Shown here piece by piece: positions 9,840 to 17,717 of a DNA stretch of 21,234 nt; position 1 is the first letter of the stretch, and each line of letters starts with the position of its first letter. Under the pieces are notes generated by a model that worked only from the letters and a program-made list of their open reading frames with translations, was not told the DNA's origin and ran no database searches. A program made the position numbers and the translations under genes. The stretch comes from a bacterium (GTDB lineage: Bacteria; Zhuqueibacterota; Zhuqueibacteria; Oceanimicrobiales; Oceanimicrobiaceae), in the NCBI GenBank assembly GCA_046757025.1, contig JBHHXN010000087.1, positions 1 to 21,234 on the forward strand, in the 5' to 3' direction.

Positions 9840-11072
9840 ATGGCTACGTATCTTGACCCCACAAATTACTACCGCTTACCCTGGAGCTTAACGGACAACG
9901 CCATTTCCTGGTTGGAGCCCACCTGGAAATGCAACATTTATTGCGAAGGTTGTTATCGAATCAACGATCCCCGTGGCCACAAATCGCTTGAGCAAGTGAA
10001 AGAAGAAGTGGCGGTTTTCAAAAAGTTTCGCAAGACCGACGGTATTTCCATCGCGGGCGGCGATCCCCTGATTCATCCACAAATCGTGGAAATAGTGCGG
10101 CACATTTCGGACGAAGGTTTCAAACCCATTTTAAACACCAACGGCGTGGCCTTGACCCTAGAGCTCCTCAAAGATCTCAAAGCCGCCGGCGCCAAAGGCT
10201 TCACCTTCCATGTGGATAGCAAACAAAAACGCCCACACTGGAAAGGTAAAAATGAGCTGGAGCTCTGTGAGTTGCGTTTGCAATTCGCCGAAATGCTGCA
10301 CGAGATTGGTGGACTCTCCTGTGCATTCAATTCTACGGTTTATGAAGATACCTTGCAGTACATTCCGGATCTGGTGGCCTGGGCACAAAAACACATCGAT
10401 ATCATTCATGTAATCGTGTTTATCGCCTTTCGAGCGGCTTTCATAGATAGCACCAGCAATTTTGACTACTACCTTGGAGCGGATAAAGTCGAGCTGGAGA
10501 GCATCCCGTACGCCACCACCAATCACAAAAAGATCGATATTCAATCCACCGAAATTTACGACATCCTCAAAAAACGCTACCCAGAATTTGACAGCGCAGC
10601 CTATTTAAATGGCAATAACAAACCGGACTCGTTCAAATGGCTGCTGAGTGGGCGTATTGGAACCAAAGATAAAATTTTCGGTTATGTTGGCCCGAAGTTC
10701 ATGGAGGTTGCTCAGACTTTCCACCACCTGCGGCATGGCCATTATTTAGCCTACACCGAACCCAAAGTTCATCGTCGCGGCAAATGGTTGCTGCTGCTGT
10801 CTATTTTTGATCCCAAAGTCCGGACTATCGCCAAAAACTATTTGAAAGCAGTCCTGGTAAATCCCCTGCGTTTCTTCAAACGGCTGCACTACCAGTCCAT
10901 CATGATCATCCAGCCCATCGACATAATGGAGGACGGCACACAAAATATGTGCGACGGCTGTCCGGATATGACCGTCCTGGATGGCAAGCTAGTCTGGTCC
11001 TGCCGCATTGAAGAGCCGCTTCAATACGGAAGCTTTGTGCACACCGTGCCCAAGGTTACGGTAAAAAATTAG
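9840..11072 (+). CDS. Radical SAM protein of unknown function with C-terminal Cys cluster
   Basis: Strong GGAGG SD. CNIYCEGC (CxxxCxxC), AGGDPLIH, NTNG, and C-terminal MCDGCPD...VWSC. Confidence 0.9.
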   Translation: MATYLDPTNYYRLPWSLTDNAISWLEPTWKCNIYCEGCYRINDPRGHKSLEQVKEEVAVFKKFRKTDGISIAGGDPLIHPQIVEIVRHISDEGFKPILNTNGVALTLELLKDLKAAGAKGFTFHVDSKQKRPHWKGKNELELCELRLQFAEMLHEIGGLSCAFNSTVYEDTLQYIPDLVAWAQKHIDIIHVIVFIAFRAAFIDSTSNFDYYLGADKVELESIPYATTNHKKIDIQSTEIYDILKKRYPEFDSAAYLNGNNKPDSFKWLLSGRIGTKDKIFGYVGPKFMEVAQTFHHLRHGHYLAYTEPKVHRRGKWLLLLSIFDPKVRTIAKNYLKAVLVNPLRFFKRLHYQSIMIIQPIDIMEDGTQNMCDGCPDMTVLDGKLVWSCRIEEPLQYGSFVHTVPKVTVKN

Positions 11073-11454
11073 TCGGGGTCACGTCGCCGCAGAACCAACA
11101 TTTTTGAATGACGTGATTTTATTCTAAATTGCTTTTGTGATCTGGGATTTCATTTGAGCCAACAAGCCTGTACCCGGGCATCGTTGCCGATTTGACGATT
11201 AAATTTGCTCGATTCAAAATAAATTTCCTTGTAAAGATTAAAATAAATTTGCACATTGGATTGAAATCGGGCTTTACTCGGTCGATTTCCATAATATTTC
11301 GGATTCCGTTCCACTCGAATCCACAACTTCAGATCAACCAATCGCCGCTCACCAGGGATGGTGTGGGTTTATGAATGTTTGATGAGGATTTTTAAGTAAA
11401 AAAGCCGAATTCATCGCACACCTTAAAATTCACTCTACAAGGAGGAAAAAAATC

Positions 11455-11944
11455 ATGAATAAACTTCATTTACTATACATTGCGGCTTTCTTAGTCAGCT
11501 GCGCGGCCGGCGCGGACATCGGTCTCAAAAAAAGCGAAACCGAGTACGGAGGTGGGCTGCATGGCGTGATCGGCAAACAATTGCGCTCCGAAAACCTGAG
11601 TGTTCACGGTCTTGCCAGCTACCACCGTTTTTCTTTTGACGGCTGGCCACTGGTCAGTGGCCGGCGATGCGACCTGGCTGCACGACACCAGCGTGTATGA
11701 TAACGATTTATTTGGCGACAATAATCCAAGCTCAACAGGATTCTCTCTTGGAGCACTCGGATTTTACAATATGGAGATCGGCACCCTGAATTTGAACGTG
11801 TTTGGTGGTATCAGTTTCATCCATTTCGGTGACTTCAAAAGCAATGAAGCGGTGATCGACGAAAGCGGCAACAGTGTGCATTTGCGAGTGGGAGCGGAAG
11901 TTTACTTCCGTTTATTAAAAAGTAACGTGCCATTTCTACCTTAA
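11455..11944 (+). pseudogene. Frameshifted lipoprotein / small outer-membrane beta-barrel-like gene
   Basis: AAGGAGG SD and signal with lipobox FLVS-C. Amphipathic beta-strand pattern runs to ..HRFSFDG in one frame and continues in the +1 frame (GHWSVAGDATW...HLRVGAEVYF). Junction near 11644. Confidence 0.6.
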
Positions 11945-12050
11945 ATAGTGTCCTTTAAATGAGCCTAAAATCTTACGTTTGCATCGCATTACTTTGAATA
12001 AAAAAAGCAAAGCCCCAATCGAACCACACACTTAAGAGAAGGAGGACAAC

Positions 12051-12302
12051 ATGGAATTAATGAATTTGCTTCTTTTTTTGGTAATCGGTTTAGCTGCTGG
12101 CTGGCTCGCCGGTCAGGTCATGAAGGGTAGAGGATTTGGGTTAATTGGTAATCTCATCGTTGGTATCGTCGGAGCGTTTGTAGGGGGATTTCTTTTCGGA
12201 CAGTTCGGTTTGGAAGCCTACACATTCGTGGGATCGCTTGTCTCCGCTTTTGTAGGTGCCTTAATATTGTTGTGGATAGTTGGTATGGTTAAAAAAACCT
12301 GA
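12051..12302 (+). CDS. GlsB/YeaQ/YmgE family (transglycosylase-associated) membrane protein
   Basis: AAGGAGG SD. IGLAAGWLAG..MKGRGFGLIGNLIVGIVGAFVGGFLF...AFVGALILL is the family signature. Confidence 0.93.
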   Translation: MELMNLLLFLVIGLAAGWLAGQVMKGRGFGLIGNLIVGIVGAFVGGFLFGQFGLEAYTFVGSLVSAFVGALILLWIVGMVKKT

Positions 12303-12608
12303 CGTACAAAAAAGGAATTTAATATCGCTTAGTTAAATCATTTATATTTTTATAATTAAATCACATACACAACAGCCGTTTTGACACAAAGGGTCGTTTG
12401 GGGCTTTTGCTGCTTATTTTGATAGAGAAGAGTCATTGAGAATCTGGTAATTAATTTAACAAGAAAAGCACAATTACATGAGAGCAGGCACTGAAGAATT
12501 GGTACCGAACTTCACCTGTTAAAAAATTGCGTGAGTTCGTGTAAGTGAAATATTCGAGGCCTATTAAGTTAGGAATTCATTGCTCGTGCAAATGCCAAAC
12601 TCTCTGAT

Positions 12609-12749
12609 CTAATATCCGAGTTTTCGTCGTATAATTTTAAACAGCTTTTTAAAATCTTCTGTGGTCAATCCTTTGAGCGATTCCCGATAACCGATGTGAA
12701 ATCCAATCACCAGCACGATGATTCCGAATAAATATTCAACTTCATGCAT
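12609..12749 (-). CDS. Small 46-aa membrane protein (not in the ORF track)
   Basis: Manual translation: MHEVEYLFGIIVLVIGFHIGYRESLKGLTTEDFKKLFKIIRRKLGY*. AAGGTG SD-like element upstream; one TM segment and a basic amphipathic tail. Confidence 0.55.
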   Translation of the reverse strand: MHEVEYLFGIIVLVIGFHIGYRESLKGLTTEDFKKLFKIIRRKLGY

Positions 12750-13133
12750 TTTTATTACACCTTACATTCGTTATGATTTTTTAAAACAAAACTTTTCGGC
12801 AAAATAATTCAATACAGTAGAAAATAATCTCATGGGACGGCAAATTTTATCCCACAAAAAGCTCAATTCATATCAAGAGATTTATCAACAATTCGGTTTA
12901 TGTGCATAATTTCTAAACCAAGATTTCAAATATTTAACGAAATCTTAATACAACTGCTTCTGAAATTCATCTAACAACCATGCGGAAATGATAACCGCTG
13001 GTGGAAATTTATATGAATAATGGTTTTGTTGGCTAACGACTTTTGCACACGTTGGATTTTTGTCCCAACAGGGATTCACCATCTATAAAATGATTTTGCT
13101 CAAGCAGGAATACCCCCAACACATTTTCACATT

Positions 13134-13664
13134 ATGAACCTGATTTTCCCGGACTTATTCGCATCGGTTAGCTGCCCGGTGTGTGAAGAGGATTTTGATT
13201 TCCGAATATTCGGTTTGTGCAGCGGTTTGGGCCCATCGAAAATGAAATGTGCCTGCAGTTGCATCGTGGACACCGGTCGTTGTGAATGGGCGGATTTTCA
13301 AGGGAGTCAGAGAACGAAATTTTTTATGGTCACAGCTGTGTATGTCCTCGCCAGTATTTTTTTCGGCGGCTGCAGCACCTGGATCTGGTATCATTTCGGT
13401 TGGCTCGGCCTCGATGCTTTAAAACTCAATCTGCTGGACCCCGCCTTCGTTTTCGGAGCGGGGGTTTCGCCGGTCCTGCTCCTATTTCTTCAGCGTTTTC
13501 GAATTTTCCGTTCGCAGGAGAGAAAACCATCAAAACATCGCGAAGCGCAGCCCGTGCCGCTCGCCTTCTGGAATTTGGATTTTAATCTGCAGATAAAAGC
13601 CGCGGCCGTTTGGATATTTATCTCTCTGGCTTTGACATTTTTAGCCAGAATTTTAAACAGTTAA
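13134..13664 (+). CDS. Hypothetical membrane protein with N-terminal Zn-ribbon-like Cys motifs
   Basis: CPVC...CACSC...TGRCEW followed by about three hydrophobic segments. GC is higher than the flanks; no clear SD. Confidence 0.6.
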   Translation: MNLIFPDLFASVSCPVCEEDFDFRIFGLCSGLGPSKMKCACSCIVDTGRCEWADFQGSQRTKFFMVTAVYVLASIFFGGCSTWIWYHFGWLGLDALKLNLLDPAFVFGAGVSPVLLLFLQRFRIFRSQERKPSKHREAQPVPLAFWNLDFNLQIKAAAVWIFISLALTFLARILNS

Positions 13665-13666
13665 AA

Positions 13667-13813
13667 ATGATTGCGGTTTTATATGAAGCAGAGTGTGCCA
13701 ATATCCCATATCAAGACTGCATATACAAATTAGAAATGGGAAGCCGGTACCCCAACAAAGATCGCCTTGTTCAAATCATTTTTCAAAACCACCAGCTTTT
13801 AAATCCTGTCTAA
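13667..13813 (+). pseudogene. Possible XRE-type HTH remnant
   Basis: IYKLEMGSRYPNKDRLVQI resembles the XRE helix-3/4 pattern (I..lE.G.R.P..d.L..I). The N-terminal helices are missing or degenerate. Confidence 0.3.
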
Positions 13814-14028
13814 CCATTTCATTCGATCGGATAACCAGCAAAATTTCCCATTCAAAAACGCAAAGAACCCACTCAGTTCACTTTTCTTTTTACGGGTCGG
13901 TGCCCTCTGAACTTTGCTTTACGATTCTTTGGCTGCCGTGGTAAATAAAACCTGCTGTCCCCAACCAGAAAATTGTTCGGCCTTTTGTGCTTAAATCTGG
14001 TTTTTTTTCTACTCAGCTCATTTTTTTC

Positions 14029-14057
14029 TTGACAAAAAAAACAAGATTTTTTATATT
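14029..14057 (+). promoter_or_regulatory. Sigma70-type promoter of the benzoyl-CoA pathway cluster
   Basis: TTGACA (14029-14034)-N17-TATATT (14052-14057). Confidence 0.75.
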
Positions 14058-14089
14058 AAACCAGTAAACAGGTACTTATTTACTTATTT
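14058..14089. promoter_or_regulatory. Operator-like palindrome over the predicted transcription start
   Basis: AAACCAGTAAA-CAGGTACTTA-TTTACTTATTT. The core AGTAAACAGGTACTTATTTACT is 18/22 self-complementary and centred on GTAC. Confidence 0.6.
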
Positions 14090-14107
14090 TAACATTTGAG
14101 GCTTCCC

Positions 14108-15193
14108 ATGCAAACCATTCAAGCCTGGCAAATGCAGCAAGTCAATCAACCCATGACAAAAGTTAAAATATCCCCGCCGGTTCTTTCTACGGACGAAGTT
14201 TTAGTGCGAGTCACGGGCTGCGGTGTTTGTCACACCGATCTGGGCTTTTTTTACGACGGGGTGCGCACCATCCAGGCGCCGCCGCTGACTCTGGGTCACG
14301 AGATCAGCGGATTCGTGGAAAAAGCCGGCGCCGAATGTCAGCAGTGGGCGGGCAAAGCGGTAATCGTGCCGGCGGTACTGCCGTGCGGCGAATGCGCATT
14401 GTGCCGGAAAGGCCGGGGAACCATCTGCCGAAAACAGAAAATGCCGGGCAACCACCTCGACGGTGGATTTGCCAGTCACGTGGTGGTGCCGGGTCGGTAC
14501 TTGTGCGAAGTGGAGGTTGCAAACGATTCGGATTTGTTCGGCCAATCTGGCGTGACGATTAAAGAGTTGTCTGTGATAGCCGATGCGGTCACCACCCCTT
14601 ATCAAGCCGCTGTGAACTCGAATTTAAGCGCCGGCGATTTGGCTATCTTCATTGGGGTGGGCGGTATCGGCGGATTTGGCGTGCAGGTGGCTAAAGCCCT
14701 GGGAGCGAAAGTCGTGGCCGTGGACGTGGACGACCGCCGTCTGCAAAGCGTGGCCGATTACGGCGCCGATGTGACCTTTAATCCACGCGATCTGGAACCC
14801 AAGGCACTTCGAAAAGCTATTCAGGAATTCGTTGAAAATGAGTCGCTTTCGCCCTACGAATGGAAAGTTTTCGAAACTTCGGGCGCCGTCGCCGGACAGG
14901 AGCTGGCATTCGGGCTGCTAACTTTTGGCGCCACTCTGAATGTAGTCGGATTTACCATGGAGAAATTGTCCATACGACTCAGCAATCTCATGGCGTTCGA
15001 CGCCCGGGCCATCGGCAATTGGGGCTGCCATCCCAAATTTTACCCACAAGTACTGGAGTTGATCAAGACTGGTAAAATTCAATTAGCGCCTTTTGTGCAG
15101 ACTTTCCCACTGAGCGAAATCAATGCTGTATTTGAGCGTGTGCACCATCGGGAGCTCGATAAGCGTGCCATCCTGATTCCCGATTTTGAATAG
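14108..15193 (+). CDS. had: 6-hydroxycyclohex-1-ene-1-carbonyl-CoA dehydrogenase (Had/BzdX/BamQ; Zn-dependent ADH family)
   Basis: ATG at 14108 after GAGG. GCGVCHTDLGFFYDGVRT, LGHEISG, CGECALC..GRGTIC, QKMPGN, ADAVTTPYQA and RLSNLMAFDARAIGNWGC. Adjacent to oah. Confidence 0.92.
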   Translation: MQTIQAWQMQQVNQPMTKVKISPPVLSTDEVLVRVTGCGVCHTDLGFFYDGVRTIQAPPLTLGHEISGFVEKAGAECQQWAGKAVIVPAVLPCGECALCRKGRGTICRKQKMPGNHLDGGFASHVVVPGRYLCEVEVANDSDLFGQSGVTIKELSVIADAVTTPYQAAVNSNLSAGDLAIFIGVGGIGGFGVQVAKALGAKVVAVDVDDRRLQSVADYGADVTFNPRDLEPKALRKAIQEFVENESLSPYEWKVFETSGAVAGQELAFGLLTFGATLNVVGFTMEKLSIRLSNLMAFDARAIGNWGCHPKFYPQVLELIKTGKIQLAPFVQTFPLSEINAVFERVHHRELDKRAILIPDFE

Positions 15194-15203
15194 GAGAATT
15201 GAT

Positions 15204-16298
15204 ATGGTAAATTTTAAAGATCACAATTTAGTGACGGACGTTGAATTTGGCGAAATTAAGTATCAGCTCAAACCCTGCCGGGATACAAAAGGCGAAGCGG
15301 TTGACGGCTTGTTCAACGCCTGGATCATTCTCGATAATCCGAAGCAGCTCAACTCCTACACCACGCAAATGGTCAAAGAGATCATTTTAGCATTCAGGCT
15401 GGCTTCCAACTCGCGCAACGTAGTGGCGGCGGTGTTCACCGGCGCGGGCGACCAAGCTTTCTGCACCGGCGGCAACACCAAAGAATACGCAGAATATTAC
15501 GCCGGCCAGCCCGAAGAATACCGCCAATATATGCGGCTGTTTAACGACATGGTGACAGCGATTTTGCACTGCGACAAACCGGTAATTTGCCGGGTAAACG
15601 GCATGCGCATCGCCGGCGGACAGGAAATCGGCATGGCGTGCGATTTTTCGGTTGCCAGCGACATGGCGGTGTTCGGGCAGGCCGGCCCCAAACACGGCTC
15701 CGCACCCGACGGCGGCTCCACCGATTTTCTCCCTTTGTTTGTGGGAATCGAAAGCGCCATGATCAGTTGTACCCTTTGCGAGATCTGGAGTGCCCACAAA
15801 GCTTTGCGCATGGGGCTGCTCACCAAAATTGTGCCGGTATTAAAACACAACGGGCAGTTCATCGCCAACCCGTTGGTGGTCACCGACCGCTGGCTGGATG
15901 AAAACGGCCGCATTGTGTACGGGGAATCCCTGCGCGGCGACGCCAAGCTGCAAGCAAAAGAGCTGCTGAAACAGTGCGAAAAGGATTTGTCTCTGCTGGA
16001 CAAAGCCGTTGACAAACTTTGCACTTCTTTGATGATGACCGTCCCTGGCTGTTTGACTAAAACCATCGAATCGTTGCGCAAACACAAATTGGCGCACTGG
16101 GACAAAAACCGTGAAAGCAACCGCGCCTGGCTGGGCATGAACATGCTCACGGAAGCCAAAGCCGGCTTCAAAGCCTTCAACGAAGGCGCCAAAGGCCAGC
16201 GCGAAGTGGACTTCGTCAAACTACGGCAACTGCTGGCCAGCGGACGGCGCTGGAACGACGATTTGATAGAGGAGGTCATGCCACCGAAAAGCGCGTGA
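15204..16298 (+). CDS. oah: 6-oxocyclohex-1-ene-1-carbonyl-CoA hydrolase (ring-opening; Oah/BamA/BzdY)
   Basis: ATG at 15204 after AGGAG. Signatures DNPKQLNSYTT, AFCTGGNTKEYAEYYAG, YMRLFNDMV, RVNGMRIAGGQEIGMACD and GQAGPKHGS. Confidence 0.96.
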   Translation: MVNFKDHNLVTDVEFGEIKYQLKPCRDTKGEAVDGLFNAWIILDNPKQLNSYTTQMVKEIILAFRLASNSRNVVAAVFTGAGDQAFCTGGNTKEYAEYYAGQPEEYRQYMRLFNDMVTAILHCDKPVICRVNGMRIAGGQEIGMACDFSVASDMAVFGQAGPKHGSAPDGGSTDFLPLFVGIESAMISCTLCEIWSAHKALRMGLLTKIVPVLKHNGQFIANPLVVTDRWLDENGRIVYGESLRGDAKLQAKELLKQCEKDLSLLDKAVDKLCTSLMMTVPGCLTKTIESLRKHKLAHWDKNRESNRAWLGMNMLTEAKAGFKAFNEGAKGQREVDFVKLRQLLASGRRWNDDLIEEVMPPKSA

Positions 16299-16367
16299 GC
16301 AGAATATTGATTACAACAGGCTTTAAAAATTACGCTTTAAATTCAAACAGATAACCCGCGACCGCAA

Positions 16368-16805
16368 TTGGACTTTACCATACGTAAAATCAAAGCCACG
16401 GACAGCCAGGCCATCATCGCCATCGACGCCATTCATTCCGGCACCGCCAAGCCGGAATACTGGCAGGCCAGATTGAAGCCTTTTATCGCAAACAAAAAAC
16501 GCATTGCCCTCGGCTACGTGGCGGAAGCCGATAACAAGGTAATCGGTTACGTCCTGGCGGAGGGTCGCTCGTGGGAGTTCGGCTCCCCCCTCTGCGGATG
16601 GATTTTTGCCATCGGCGTGGATCCCCGATGCGGACGCCGGGGTGTGGGGCTGGCTCTGTGCCGGGAAGTCTGCCTTAAATTCAAGTCGCTGGATATCAAC
16701 ACCTTGCGCACCATGGTGCGAAAAGACAACATTGAAGTGCTGAGCTTTTTTCGGGCTTCGGGTTTCCGGGCCGGGCCGTTCATCGAGCTGGAGCTGGAGC
16801 TTTAA
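16368..16805 (+). CDS. GNAT N-acetyltransferase, BadL-like
   Basis: Acetyl-CoA loop VDP.CGRRGVG. WEFGSP.CGWIFAI and FFR..GF.AGPFIELE match my recollection of the GNATs found in benzoyl-CoA clusters (R. palustris BadL). TTG start, no clear SD. Confidence 0.8.
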   Translation: MDFTIRKIKATDSQAIIAIDAIHSGTAKPEYWQARLKPFIANKKRIALGYVAEADNKVIGYVLAEGRSWEFGSPLCGWIFAIGVDPRCGRRGVGLALCREVCLKFKSLDINTLRTMVRKDNIEVLSFFRASGFRAGPFIELELEL

Positions 16806-16888
16806 TCGATGAAAATGGTTCAATCTCATTGAGCTCACTAAAAGTATCGCGGAAAGCTATTTCAAAAAAAAATTTATCGGAGCGGATC

Positions 16889-17662
16889 ATGACCTCTTTC
16901 AATAAAATCAATTGTGAATTGCAAAGGAACGGGCAGGTTTTATGGCTCACTTTAAACGCGCCCAAAGGCAACGTACTGGACAAAGAAATGATGACCGAGC
17001 TCACGCACGCCATTCAACAGACCGGCAGTCAGGCTTCGGTGAAAGCGCTGGTTTTCGAAGGGGCCGGCAAGCATTTTTCATTCGGCGCAAGCGTGCCCGA
17101 ACACCAGAAAGCGCACGTCGCGGACATGCTCAAAACATTTCACCAACTGATGAAAGCGCTCGTGGCCTGCCGGAGACCTTCGCTGGCGCTGGTGCGCGGT
17201 CAATGCCTGGGGGGGGGTCTAGAGCTGGCGGCGTTTTGCAACTGGATTTTCGCCAGCGAAGACGCCATGTTCGGGCAGCCGGAGATCAAATTAGCGGTAT
17301 TTCCACCGGTGGCGTCGTTGATCTTACCGCATCGAATAGGGCAGTCAGCGGCAGACAATCTCATTCTCAGCGGGCGCTCAATTACTGCAGCGGAAGCCAA
17401 ACAGCTCGGGCTGGTTCACTCGGTATCGGGCGACCCCGCACAGGAGGTGGAAACGCTCCTTGCAGAACACATTCTGCCCAAGAGCAGCCAGGCGTTGCAA
17501 TTCGCCGTGCAATCTGCCCGATTTGAAATGCATGAGGCGTTTCTGAAAAACATCGACCGGGTCGAAAAAATGTACGTGGAAGAGTTGATGGCCACAGCAG
17601 ACGCCAACGAAGGCATTCAGGCGTTTATGGAAAAACGGCCGCCGGCCTGGGAAAACGGTTAA
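16889..17662 (+). CDS. dch: Cyclohexa-1,5-diene-1-carbonyl-CoA hydratase (Dch/BzdW/BamR; crotonase family)
   Basis: ATG at 16889 after GGAG. LNAPKGNVLD..M, HFSFGASVPEH, GQCLGGGLE, GQPEIKLAVFPP and DANEGIQAFMEKR. Context of had/oah. Confidence 0.9.
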   Translation: MTSFNKINCELQRNGQVLWLTLNAPKGNVLDKEMMTELTHAIQQTGSQASVKALVFEGAGKHFSFGASVPEHQKAHVADMLKTFHQLMKALVACRRPSLALVRGQCLGGGLELAAFCNWIFASEDAMFGQPEIKLAVFPPVASLILPHRIGQSAADNLILSGRSITAAEAKQLGLVHSVSGDPAQEVETLLAEHILPKSSQALQFAVQSARFEMHEAFLKNIDRVEKMYVEELMATADANEGIQAFMEKRPPAWENG

Positions 17663-17717
17663 AACCCATTCAGGAATTTAAGCTGTTGTGAGAACTGTTT
17701 AAAAAGAAGCAGCCATT

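Noticed and set aside
9840..11072. QueE, given proximity to queD
   Set aside because: At 410 aa it is far longer than QueE, and it lacks the N-terminal F.S.QGEG and CDT motifs.
11150..11374. Two opposing ~60-aa ORFs after the radical SAM gene
   Set aside because: TTG starts without SD and no recognisable motifs; possibly debris but unsupported.
13030..13047. TGGC...TTGCA sigma54-like site before the Zn-ribbon gene
   Set aside because: GG-to-GC spacing is 14 nt, not the required 12.
17209..17217. G9 homopolymer in dch as a phase-variation tract
   Set aside because: It is in frame and encodes the conserved crotonase CLGGG motif.
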